This document shows positions 30,993 to 40,104 of a stretch of DNA of 64,000 bases, piece by piece. A program made the translations under genes and the position numbers. The stretch lies in contig CAZALK010000005.1 in the NCBI GenBank assembly GCA_964486045.1, forward strand, positions 1 through 64,000, read 5' to 3'. The notes beneath the pieces are model-generated. The model saw nothing but the letters and a program-made list of their open reading frames with translations, ran no database searches and had not been told where the DNA came from. The DNA comes from an uncultured archaeon (GTDB lineage: Archaea > Asgardarchaeota > Lokiarchaeia > Sigyniarchaeales > SOKP01). Position 1 is the first letter of the stretch. Every line of letters begins with the position of its first letter.

Positions 30993-32846
30993 TTGATTAG
31001 ATTTATGAAGTTATGGAAAAATGCATTCAATATTTGGGAAAATTTATGCCCATTTGTTAAAAGAGAATTATTAACAAAAGCAGATTTTGTAAATTGGGCA
31101 GAAGAAATACGGATTATTAATTCGATTGAGAAAGATACATTTTATTCGTATATCAATATTTTAGAAGAGTGTGAGATTATATGTCCACTAGTTTTAAAAG
31201 AAGATGGGAGAAATCATCCATATGATTATAGAGTAATTTACTCATTTATCAAATTCGAGGAAAAAATTGAGCCGTTATATCATCCTTTGCAATTTTTCCA
31301 AGTAATTTATTGGTTTAAACATAGTTTTAGAAAAAAACCTTATTATCCCAGCAAGGAATTTAAGGAATTTTTTTCATTTAATCAATTAAAATTGAATATA
31401 GAGAAAATGAGAAGAGAGATTGAATCTCAAAAGCATTATAATCTAACAACAGAAAGTACAAGAGAACATTTAACTAAGCTAGAGAATAAATTAAAAATAT
31501 CTCAAAAACAGACGATACTCTATCCTAAAGGTAATGAACTAAGAAAAAAATTAAAAATTACGAGAGTAAGAAGTTTTTTGACTGAAGATTTTTTAAGTGT
31601 TTGGATTAAAATAGAATCTCTTCTACTACAAGATGAATCGCGAGTCTTTGCGCCGAATCCACCAATGATGAAATTAAACATTAAAGATGAGTCAAATTTT
31701 ATTTTAGTTAAAGCATGTATAAGAAATTACCGGGTATGGCGTAATCAGATTTTACAAAATAAGAAAGATTTTTTATCTGAGGATGAAATTAAATATCTTA
31801 AAAATTTTCATTGGGAACTTAATCGAATAGTAAATGATTGTGATTTTGGTAATTCTGGAAACAAAGGAAATTGGTTTGACTTGTTTGATCTTATACCTTC
31901 AGATAAAAAAGACAAACTAGGGGGTTTCACATCATTTTATATTAATTTATTATCTATTAAGAGATATATAGAGAGAGTATATTGGGATTTGTTTGAAATG
32001 GAAGTACTCAAATTTCCAGATGATCCTGATATGAAACCTTATTTCTATTATAACAATAATAAGGATTATGATCTTTATATGAGAAGTATTTTATTACAAT
32101 TTGGTCTATTTAGTTCAAATCCATTTATTCTTTACGTAGAGGGTGAAACTGAGAGAACACTACTACTAGAATATTTAAAAAGAAGAAGATTTATTCGATT
32201 TAAAATAAAAAACATAAAAGGAATAGGGAATGTTTCTCATTATATGAAAGTAACTGAAGAATTTGAAGATAAAGAGTTCTACTTCTTTATCGATTATGAT
32301 AGTTATAATAAATATAAAAAAAATGCAAGAATGTATGGAGATAATTGTGCTTTCTTCTTTCAAGATTTCGTTACTGAGAACTTTTCCGCAATACAATTTT
32401 ATGAAGCTTTTATATCCTGGATCAATACTCTTCATCTAAATATGACAGAATTCCAGAAGGAAGAAATTCAAAAAAGACTACGAAAATCTAAATTATATTC
32501 TGAAAAAATTAAAAGTTTAATACAGAGAGGAGAAGAAATTAAAGAAAAACCACAATTAGGCTTTGAAAAAATAATAATTAATTTTTTACGGCAACATTAT
32601 TCTTGTGAGATGCAACAAAATTATCCAAAAATTTTAAAACTTAATAAAAAAAACCAAATAGAAAATACTAAAGAATTTGAAGACCTTATAAAAACTCAAC
32701 TTGCTTTAAGATTAAAAACTTTTATTGTAGAATCAATGGAGGAAGATCCTCAGCGAAAAGAAAAAATATTTTCCTTTGAAGAAAAATTAAATCCCTTCAT
32801 AGAAAATATATTAAAAATTATTAATATTACCCCAATTTCCATTTAG
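30993..32846 (+). CDS. Hypothetical protein with OLD-like TOPRIM domain
   Basis: ILYVEGETE...IKGIGN...FFIDYD. Confidence 0.7.
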   Translation: MIRFMKLWKNAFNIWENLCPFVKRELLTKADFVNWAEEIRIINSIEKDTFYSYINILEECEIICPLVLKEDGRNHPYDYRVIYSFIKFEEKIEPLYHPLQFFQVIYWFKHSFRKKPYYPSKEFKEFFSFNQLKLNIEKMRREIESQKHYNLTTESTREHLTKLENKLKISQKQTILYPKGNELRKKLKITRVRSFLTEDFLSVWIKIESLLLQDESRVFAPNPPMMKLNIKDESNFILVKACIRNYRVWRNQILQNKKDFLSEDEIKYLKNFHWELNRIVNDCDFGNSGNKGNWFDLFDLIPSDKKDKLGGFTSFYINLLSIKRYIERVYWDLFEMEVLKFPDDPDMKPYFYYNNNKDYDLYMRSILLQFGLFSSNPFILYVEGETERTLLLEYLKRRRFIRFKIKNIKGIGNVSHYMKVTEEFEDKEFYFFIDYDSYNKYKKNARMYGDNCAFFFQDFVTENFSAIQFYEAFISWINTLHLNMTEFQKEEIQKRLRKSKLYSEKIKSLIQRGEEIKEKPQLGFEKIIINFLRQHYSCEMQQNYPKILKLNKKNQIENTKEFEDLIKTQLALRLKTFIVESMEEDPQRKEKIFSFEEKLNPFIENILKIINITPISI

Positions 32847-32959
32847 TAATGAACCGAGGTTAACCATTAAAATAAATTTTGGGAAATTAAAAGAGAATAC
32901 AGAAGATAGAAATTTTTCAAAATTAAAAACAGAAGATAAAAAAATTTGGTATTATCGAA

Positions 32960-33802
32960 ACCTAAATCATATTTCTCGCATATATTTAACAATTTAATGT
33001 GTAACTTTCGGACATATTCAACAGGAGGATGTATCTGACCCATATATAATTCTAAGATTGGTTTCACAGCTTTATTATATTTACCACTCCTTAACTTGTT
33101 TAGAAAATAGTCCGCTTGAGAATCACGTAGGGTCAATCCCGGTGAAAACAGGACAAAATCCGCTCCAGAGTCTTTGGATTGTTTAATTACATCTTCTAAA
33201 TTTTCATGATCATCCTCGAGAAAGGGAATAATTGGCATTAAATATGTTCCAACTTGAATGTTAGGAGCTTGCATTTTAATAGTCTTTATGGCTTCAAATC
33301 TTTCCGAGGGGGGTGAAGAATTAGGTTCTAAAAAACTTGCGAGTTCTTCATTTGTTGTGGTAATTGAGAAGCCTACTGTACTCCAAGTATCGATGGCAAT
33401 GTTTTTTAAAATATCAATATCTCTAACAACTAAATTTGATTTAGTAGCAATATTGAGAGGAAATTTATATTTCTCAATAATTTTTAAAACTTTTCTTGTA
33501 TGTTCAATCTCTTTTTCAATAGGCTGATAAGCGTCATTCACACCCCCTGGAGCAATTACATCAATTAAAAGTGTACGCGCCCTTTTAAATCTCTGGTCGA
33601 GTTTTTTGTCAAAATTAGTTTTTATGATGACCTCGTTTTCAAAGTCTTTTAAATAATATCGCTCACTTCGCGCATCGCAATAAATACAAGCGTGGGCACA
33701 TCCGGAGTATGTGTTTAAAGTATATCGTGACCAAAACCATGAATCAGGGTATTTTAATTTGTTTAAAACTGATTTGAATTCTTTATATTTATACTCGATC
33801 AT
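32960..33802 (-). pseudogene. 3'-truncated radical SAM protein (SplB/Rv2578c-like paralog)
   Basis: LNTYSGCAHACIYCDA; homology to 25106-26254 ends at KYDL (about 32962), followed by a non-homologous tail to 32867. Confidence 0.85.
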
Positions 33803-33892
33803 GATTATGAATTATATTTTTGTATTCCTCAATAATAAACTTAAGGATTTAAGATTTTTGTAAGGAAAAATTAGCATCAATTTGTAAATTAG

Positions 33893-33963
33893 GAAAACTC
33901 GCCAGGTAAATAAAAAGTGATCTAAATATGGAAATGGAAAAGAAATTTAGCTGGCGTTTTTTC
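33893..33963. repeat. 19-bp imperfect inverted repeat (hairpin or MITE-like)
   Basis: gaaaactcgccaggtaaat ... atttagctggcgttttttc, 16/19 complementary. Confidence 0.6.
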
Positions 33964-34130
33964 GAATATAAGATACAACTTTATAAATTTAATATTTTGC
34001 TTTCTCCCAAAAAAATTCAATCAATTTTAGTTCAAATAAAATAAGAAATAAATTAAAATTTATTTTCTAAGGTTAAGTAAAAAATACTACAAGTCGAAAA
34101 CATAATCTAAAAATCCATTTCTAATACCCC

Positions 34131-34250
34131 CTAGAACTAGTGCATTAAGTAGTGAACTCCCCCGATGCACTACTCGATCACAAGTGCATAATGCATTGAA
34201 CTTTAAAACAAAGATCGGTGTGATCAAGTTCATAGTCGAATGAACTCAAA
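34131..34250 (-). ncRNA. Candidate structured ncRNA of about 120 nt, family not recognised
   Basis: Several perfect 7-8 bp helices, G-U pairs favouring the minus strand, and a TATA-like element at 34268-34274. Confidence 0.55.
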
Positions 34251-34374
34251 CCAATCAAAAATTAAAATTTTATAGGTTTTAATCAAAATCCATTTGAAAA
34301 GAGGTTAAAAAGCAGAAAAGTTAAAATAAATTGAGTACTTTTTTATTTACTGATTTTAATCAAAGGTGTATTAA

Positions 34375-34446
34375 GCGCCCGTTGTGTAGCGGCTATCATC
34401 CAGGACTTCCAATTCTGGGACCCGGGTTCGATTCCCGGCGAGCGCA
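34375..34446 (+). tRNA. tRNA-Gly(TCC)
   Basis: GCGCCCG...CAGGA CT TCC AA TTCTG...CCGGG TTCGATT CCCGG CGAGCGC A cloverleaf. Confidence 0.95.
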
Positions 34447-34611
34447 TCTTAGGAGGGTATTTTAAGTGATTTTAAGTGACCTTCTTTATTCAATTGTAAT
34501 CTAAACAGAATAGGTGTTTTAATAAATCCAAATACGTTTAATGCTAGTGCATTTAAATATGGAAAGCACCGCCATTATAACAAGAAAGATTTTTAAATTC
34601 TCTAAAATAAA

Positions 34612-35901
34612 ATGTATGATTTCAAGGTTAATGATTATATCACGCTAAAGCTCGAAGGGAAGAACACTATCATCTACGTGGCTGGTGTGAGATTCTGGCA
34701 GTGCAAATATTTATTATTAGATATACCTGCTGATAAAGTTAGCTCATTTGATGGTGTTCAATCAATTGATGAGGTAGCTCAAAAGCTGGATAGAGCCTTA
34801 GAGTCGATGGTAAGCCCACAAGAAGATATATACACTATTGACATACCCCCAGAAGTAGGATATTGGGCGCATTGTTCTAATTTACAGGCGTGGAGTGAAA
34901 ATCGCTATAACACGAACCTTTTACACTCCAATTTAGCATTCCCATTATTAAAAAGGCTTGTAGAGGTTGGAGATGAAAGAGCGATGAAAGCATTTAAAGA
35001 GGAGATAGCAAAACGATTAGAGAGTGGATATCTTCCCACGATCAAATATTTGTGGAATCAAGGTTTTATAAAATACCTTACGCGTGAAGAGCTCTCAGCT
35101 ATCCCGAATTTTAAATATAAGGAGCTTAAGTATTTTCTCGATGTCGAGGCGCGCGTAAATGTGAAATTTATATGGTCAAATGACAGAGATGATGTAATAG
35201 AGAATATGGCTCGTTTCTCTGTTATAGAAGAGTGTATCTCTGAGGTGGAACTAAACTCTCAACCTAACTTGAATGTTTTTCCAGAGGTCATTACAAATTT
35301 AAGGCACCTTACTTATTTAAAACTTTATGGAAATTCCATAAAATCAATACCCGATTCGATCGGTAACTTGACATCACTTACATTTTTAGATCTATCGGGG
35401 AATAAATTAACCAAGATCCCAGAGACGATAGGCGGTTGTAAGAACCTTAAGGTTCTTAAATTGCGCGGAAATTTGATAACAGAACTCCCACAATCGATAG
35501 AAAATCTTACCTCTCTTAATCGATTAGAGCTATATAGTAATTCTCTATCTTTACTACCAGACTCTATTGGAAAATTAGTCGATCTTAAAAAATTACATAT
35601 TGGTCAAAACAAGGTAAAAACTCTCCCATCTTCAACACAAAACTTACAATCTTTAGAGAGTTTAGACTTACAAAATAATAAATTTGAATCAATCCCAAAA
35701 TCTGTCGGTAATTTGAAATCGTTAAAATCTCTCTTAATAAATGGGAATAAATTAGAAAACACAGAGGAATTCCGTAAAAACCTTTTAAGTATCAGTGGAT
35801 TAAATTCTTTACAAATTAACAAAAACCAGTTAGGATTATTCAATGAATTTATAAAAAAAATAGAAAGTAAAAATAAACTATTCAGTGTACATTTAGTTTA
35901 A
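34612..35901 (+). CDS. Leucine-rich repeat protein with conserved N-terminal domain
   Basis: 23-aa LxxLxLxxNxLxxLPxSIG repeats; FKVN.YITLKLE...WAHCSNLQAW. Confidence 0.9.
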   Translation: MYDFKVNDYITLKLEGKNTIIYVAGVRFWQCKYLLLDIPADKVSSFDGVQSIDEVAQKLDRALESMVSPQEDIYTIDIPPEVGYWAHCSNLQAWSENRYNTNLLHSNLAFPLLKRLVEVGDERAMKAFKEEIAKRLESGYLPTIKYLWNQGFIKYLTREELSAIPNFKYKELKYFLDVEARVNVKFIWSNDRDDVIENMARFSVIEECISEVELNSQPNLNVFPEVITNLRHLTYLKLYGNSIKSIPDSIGNLTSLTFLDLSGNKLTKIPETIGGCKNLKVLKLRGNLITELPQSIENLTSLNRLELYSNSLSLLPDSIGKLVDLKKLHIGQNKVKTLPSSTQNLQSLESLDLQNNKFESIPKSVGNLKSLKSLLINGNKLENTEEFRKNLLSISGLNSLQINKNQLGLFNEFIKKIESKNKLFSVHLV

Positions 35902-36178
35902 CCTATATATATTATATATCAAGTTCTAGAAGGTCATTTGGGTTGATAATCTTGGGAAATATGCTACCAACTCCTTCCATTCCATTCCTGTTATTGAAGA
36001 GTTGCGAAATCAATATATGAAATCTATCTGAATCGGCAAATTTGTGAATAGGAAACATGTTGGTTAGTGTAAATCATTTAGAACTAAAAGAGCTTTACAA
36101 AGACACAAACCAACTTCTCGACCTTTATTCCCAACTATTACAATTAATTTATAGAATGGAATTTGGGAGGAGATAGAA

Positions 36179-36574
36179 ATGGTTGAAATAAAAACAGCTG
36201 AATATCGAAATTCAAGATCTTCAAAATCTACCCTCAAGAACTATTCCTTATCTCAAGAAATCACAAATTCTCCAAAAATTGATTTTACAACCGAGAATTT
36301 AAATCAAAAAATAGCACAGATTAGGAAAAAATACAAACCAGAACTAAAGAGTATAAGAAAAGCATTTGGAGGTACTCGAAAAGGAAAAAAGCACATTTGC
36401 TACCGCTTTGAGTATAAAGATGAGGTTTATGATTTAGAAATTGATGAATTTGGAAAGTATTACCTACACCCCTTTAACAACTATAAAAAAAGAGATTATA
36501 AACGCTTTTCTTCAGTAAAAGAAATGATAACAGAATTAGAAGATTTTTTGAACACTAAGAAAACTAACCTCTAA
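36179..36574 (+). CDS. Basic hypothetical protein, possibly of mobile-element origin
   Basis: ATG with strong SD GGGAGGAG. Confidence 0.6.
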   Translation: MVEIKTAEYRNSRSSKSTLKNYSLSQEITNSPKIDFTTENLNQKIAQIRKKYKPELKSIRKAFGGTRKGKKHICYRFEYKDEVYDLEIDEFGKYYLHPFNNYKKRDYKRFSSVKEMITELEDFLNTKKTNL

Positions 36575-36671
36575 ACAAGTCAGATCTTATTATTTTTTTC
36601 TTTTTATGAATTTCGGAAAATAGCAAAACAAATTTTACTTGATAAGATTATGAATTTGTCCAGATTACTAG

Positions 36672-36902
36672 ACATTCGTTCTCACTCATTTTAAATATAT
36701 AATAAAAGACTATGCAAAAAACGAAGTACTAGCCGAGTTAACCAGCTACCTACTCTTAAAGAAATTTGATGAGACCATTAACTACAATTTTGCTTATAGT
36801 AATGTCTGGGCTAACAAAATAACAAAACATTTTGAACTAGACGAGTTTATCAAATGTTATCAAGCTATTTCTAAATATATTGAAGAGAAGTTAATCTTCT
36901 AA
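36672..36902 (+). pseudogene. 3' remnant resembling the ArdC/MPTase-type zincin C-terminus
   Basis: DYAKNEVLAELTSYLL...NFAYSNVW; no start codon. Confidence 0.45.
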
Positions 36903-37109
36903 TTTTTTTATTTTAATTATTGTAAAAAATAACAAGAGGATGATAAAAAATGCTACACAGTAAAGAAAGAATTTTTAAACAAGGGAGTAGATGAGAATTA
37001 TATCAATGAAATCTACCAAAGATCTAGAACTTAAGTTAGAACATTTAAGGGATACTGAAATCATCATTAAAGTACTTAATTTCTTTTAACTTTTCTGCTT
37101 TGAGCAATG

Positions 37110-37784
37110 TTAGTTGATGTTATGGGAAAGTTCATACATATTAATAATCTTACTTATAACAATCCAAGCATCTAAAGAATACTTTGAAATAGAAATTAAA
37201 TTGTTAGACAAACGCATAATAGACTTAGAGTAGCTGTTTTTCTGAAATCCGCCAATAATAGCCACTAGTTCTTGAGATGAAGATTCAAAAAAAAATTTTT
37301 GATAATCTTGTATTAATTTACCCTCGCTTGAACACAAAAGAATTTTAGGAGTTTTAAATGTATCTATGAGATCCTGTAATTCACCATTATACTTGGAGAT
37401 TAATTGGAGCCCATTTACAGTTACATCTCCCTCAATCAAGAGTTTTGCTATTAATCCCTTAAATCTATTGTAATTTCTTGCAATTCTAATTTTTGGGTTA
37501 AATTTAAAAATTTTATTATTAATTGTATGTACATATAGGATTAGATTACTCGATTTATTTAAGGGAGAACCTAAAGCATTAAGCAAACATAGATGAGTAA
37601 TATCTGGTCTACCTCTTTTTTCGGGATGTTCTATATTCCTCATAGCAGTATGATGGAGAGCGGTATCTAAAAGTTGGGAGGAATAGATCTCTGGGGACAG
37701 ATTTTTTTTAACAGCAGAATGGTGTCTAATTTCCTTAGGTATTAATTCTATGCCACATTCTACTAATATAATGATAAGGGGCAT
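37110..37784 (-). CDS. nep1: 16S rRNA pseudouridine N1-methyltransferase Nep1/EMG1
   Basis: RGRPDITHLCLL, SPLN, RNYNRFKGL and IIGGFQ motifs. Confidence 0.95.
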   Translation of the reverse strand: MPLIIILVECGIELIPKEIRHHSAVKKNLSPEIYSSQLLDTALHHTAMRNIEHPEKRGRPDITHLCLLNALGSPLNKSSNLILYVHTINNKIFKFNPKIRIARNYNRFKGLIAKLLIEGDVTVNGLQLISKYNGELQDLIDTFKTPKILLCSSEGKLIQDYQKFFFESSSQELVAIIGGFQKNSYSKSIMRLSNNLISISKYSLDAWIVISKIINMYELSHNIN

Positions 37785-37800
37785 GATCTTCTTTAGATAG

Positions 37801-38163
37801 TTAATTCAAATTAGATTCTTCTTTATTCTTTCTGTTAATTTTAATAAAATATCGGGTTGTATTATTACATTCAAAACATGTTAAGGAAACATGAGATCCC
37901 TTTCCTTTATGTGAGTGCATTCTAGTTCTACAATTTAGCCCAGGATATAAGAATTTTTTACAATTATTACATATCCGCTTTTTCCACTTAAGGGGTATAT
38001 CAATTTTTGCTCTTTGAGCGTATCGTCTAGCTAAGTAGATATATCTATTTGATAGATCAGGATTCTCAGGAAATATCTCCTGAGCTTTTTGAAATAAGTA
38101 ATTCATACGAGTTTTCGCTATTCTTTTGATTATTACTCGATGATTTTTACTTTTTTTCCTCAT
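37801..38163 (-). CDS. rnp4: RNase P protein component 4 (Rpp21)
   Basis: IAKTRMNYLF, RY..LAR, KKRICNNC and TCFEC motifs. Confidence 0.95.
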   Translation of the reverse strand: MRKKSKNHRVIIKRIAKTRMNYLFQKAQEIFPENPDLSNRYIYLARRYAQRAKIDIPLKWKKRICNNCKKFLYPGLNCRTRMHSHKGKGSHVSLTCFECNNTTRYFIKINRKNKEESNLN

Positions 38164-38195
38164 TTAAAACAACAACAATTATTAATAATATATTT

Positions 38196-38456
38196 TTATA
38201 TCGATTTGAGTGAAATAATAAAATTTCTACCTCTGACGTCTAACAATTTAGAATTGGTCAATTGCGAAATCGTGTCTGCTAAATCTTTAATGTTAGATTT
38301 TGAAGCTACTGTTTTTAATGCCTTTATTTTAATAACTCTATACCTTTTTAAAAATTTTGCTACATGGCTGATAAACTCATTTGTAATTCCACCTTTACCA
38401 AGAATACAGTGAGGCTGAGATAATAATACTTTCTTAAATTCTTTTTGATAATCCAT
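38196..38456 (-). CDS. YhbY/CRM-domain RNA-binding protein
   Basis: ILGKGGIT...IKIK...VRGR; probable start MDYQK. Confidence 0.85.
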   Translation of the reverse strand: MDYQKEFKKVLLSQPHCILGKGGITNEFISHVAKFLKRYRVIKIKALKTVASKSNIKDLADTISQLTNSKLLDVRGRNFIISLKSI

Positions 38457-38550
38457 TGTCTCAGAGCTTATAAAATACAAAAATTTTTAACTTATTTTAG
38501 CTTTAAAAATGTATTAAATTTAATAAAGAAATACTGAATTAAAGATTAAT

Positions 38551-38979
38551 ATGTCTGTCTTTGTCGTTCAACCTGAGAAATTAATTGAAACTCTAGCAAA
38601 AAAATTAAAGGATTATCCTGAAATATCACCACCGAAAGGTTCAGAATTCTGGAAAACTGCTTTTTTTAAGGAATTAGCACCAAGTGATTCAGAGAATTTC
38701 TGGTACATCCGATGTGCCTCAATCCTTAGAAAAGTGAAGAAATATGGACCAATTGGTGTAAATAAACTTCGAAAATTTTATGGAGGGAAAAATAGAAAAG
38801 GAAAAGGTTTGCATCACTCCGCTAAAGCTAGTGGAAAAATAATAAGGGTTGCTCTTCAGCAATTAGGAAAAGCGAGTTTACTGGTTATGAATGAAAGACA
38901 AGGACGAGTTCTTTCTCCAGAAGGAACAAGTTTAATAGAACGAATGGCATATGAGATTATAAGAAATAAAGAGCAATAA
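38551..38979 (+). CDS. rps19e: 30S ribosomal protein S19e
   Basis: WYIRCASILRK, GPIGV and SGKIIRVALQQL motifs. Confidence 0.97.
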   Translation: MSVFVVQPEKLIETLAKKLKDYPEISPPKGSEFWKTAFFKELAPSDSENFWYIRCASILRKVKKYGPIGVNKLRKFYGGKNRKGKGLHHSAKASGKIIRVALQQLGKASLLVMNERQGRVLSPEGTSLIERMAYEIIRNKEQ

Positions 38980-39010
38980 TAGGAAAAATGGTAATTATTG
39001 GGGTTTTAAT

Positions 39011-39352
39011 TTGAGTGACGATGACGAATTAGCTAACATTAGGAGGAGAAGGTTAGAAGAATTACAGCAACAAGCAGCGCAACAACATATTGCAGAAACT
39101 CAACAAAAAGATTTTGTAGAAAAAAAGTATCTGATAATGAGGAAGATTCTTAGTGTTGAAGGTAGACAAAGATTAGAAAATATTCGAATAGTTAAACCAC
39201 AGTTTGCAGAACAAATAGAAATGCAACTAATTCAACTATTTCAAAGTGGAAAGTTAAAAGGAGCAGTACCATTACCAGATAAAGCATTTAAAAAACTCTT
39301 AGAGCAATTAACTACATTAGGAAGAAAAAAGGATTATAAAATTAAAAAGTAA
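39011..39352 (+). CDS. PDCD5-family DNA-binding protein
   Basis: DELANIRRRRLEEL, RQRLENIRIVKP; conserved position after rps19e. Confidence 0.92.
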   Translation: MSDDDELANIRRRRLEELQQQAAQQHIAETQQKDFVEKKYLIMRKILSVEGRQRLENIRIVKPQFAEQIEMQLIQLFQSGKLKGAVPLPDKAFKKLLEQLTTLGRKKDYKIKK

Positions 39353-39364
39353 GGAGAGAGAAAA

Positions 39365-39526
39365 ATGGCCCGTAATAAAAATCTTCCCTCCAAATTGCGC
39401 AGAGCAAAAAAATCAAACGAGAGTAAAAGTATTCCAAATTGGATTGTGATGCGAACCAAAGGGAAAGTAAGGAATAGCCCGCATTCTAACAGAACATGGA
39501 GGAATACGAGGTTAAAAAGAGATTAA
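39365..39526 (+). CDS. rpl39e: 50S ribosomal protein L39e (missing from the ORF track, 53 aa)
   Basis: MARNK...IPNWIVMRT...RTWRNTRLK. Confidence 0.95.
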   Translation: MARNKNLPSKLRRAKKSNESKSIPNWIVMRTKGKVRNSPHSNRTWRNTRLKRD

Positions 39527-39565
39527 ATTTAATTTTAAAGAAAAAAATTTACCGTAGTAATCAAA

Positions 39566-40021
39566 ATGGCTAAAAAAAAAGCAAAAGAAATTAATTTAGA
39601 CAATTTAGAAGAAGAGTTGGGTACTCCAGAAGACAAAATACAAGAAGAAAAAATAGAGGAGATTGAGGAATTTAGCCTAGACGAAATTTCAGAAGAAGAA
39701 GAAATTAGTGAAATTTTTGAGGAAGAAGCCGAGATTATTGAAGAAGTTGAGGAACTAGCACCTGAAGAAGAAATCATTGATGAGAGAATATATATTATCC
39801 CTCTTGCAAAAGCTCGAAGAGGACCTAGATATAAATGGGCTAAAAAATCAATTCGATACCTAAGAGAATTTATGACCCGTCATTTCAAACCAGAGTCACT
39901 GATAATATCTCAAGAAGTAAATGAAAGAATATGGGAGCGTGGAATGCAGAAACCCCCTAGAAAATTAAAGGTAAGGGTTACAAAAAATATAGATGGACTA
40001 TGTGTTGTGTATTTAGCTTAA
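39566..40021 (+). CDS. rpl31e: 50S ribosomal protein L31e with acidic N-terminal extension
   Basis: ERIYIIPL, RH.K and VNERIWERG..KPPRKLKV motifs. Confidence 0.95.
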   Translation: MAKKKAKEINLDNLEEELGTPEDKIQEEKIEEIEEFSLDEISEEEEISEIFEEEAEIIEEVEELAPEEEIIDERIYIIPLAKARRGPRYKWAKKSIRYLREFMTRHFKPESLIISQEVNERIWERGMQKPPRKLKVRVTKNIDGLCVVYLA

Positions 40022-40104
40022 ATTTTATACTAAATTAGTTTTAAAGGGAATATCCTATTTTTATTATAATTTATGAGAACCGGATAAATCTATCACCTTA
40101 AATA

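Noticed and set aside
35925-36140. Specific call as a tyrosine-integrase C-terminus (LEGH...Y) or IS6-like transposase remnant (KVIWVD...Y)
   Set aside because: The motifs lie in different frames and are too degraded to choose between
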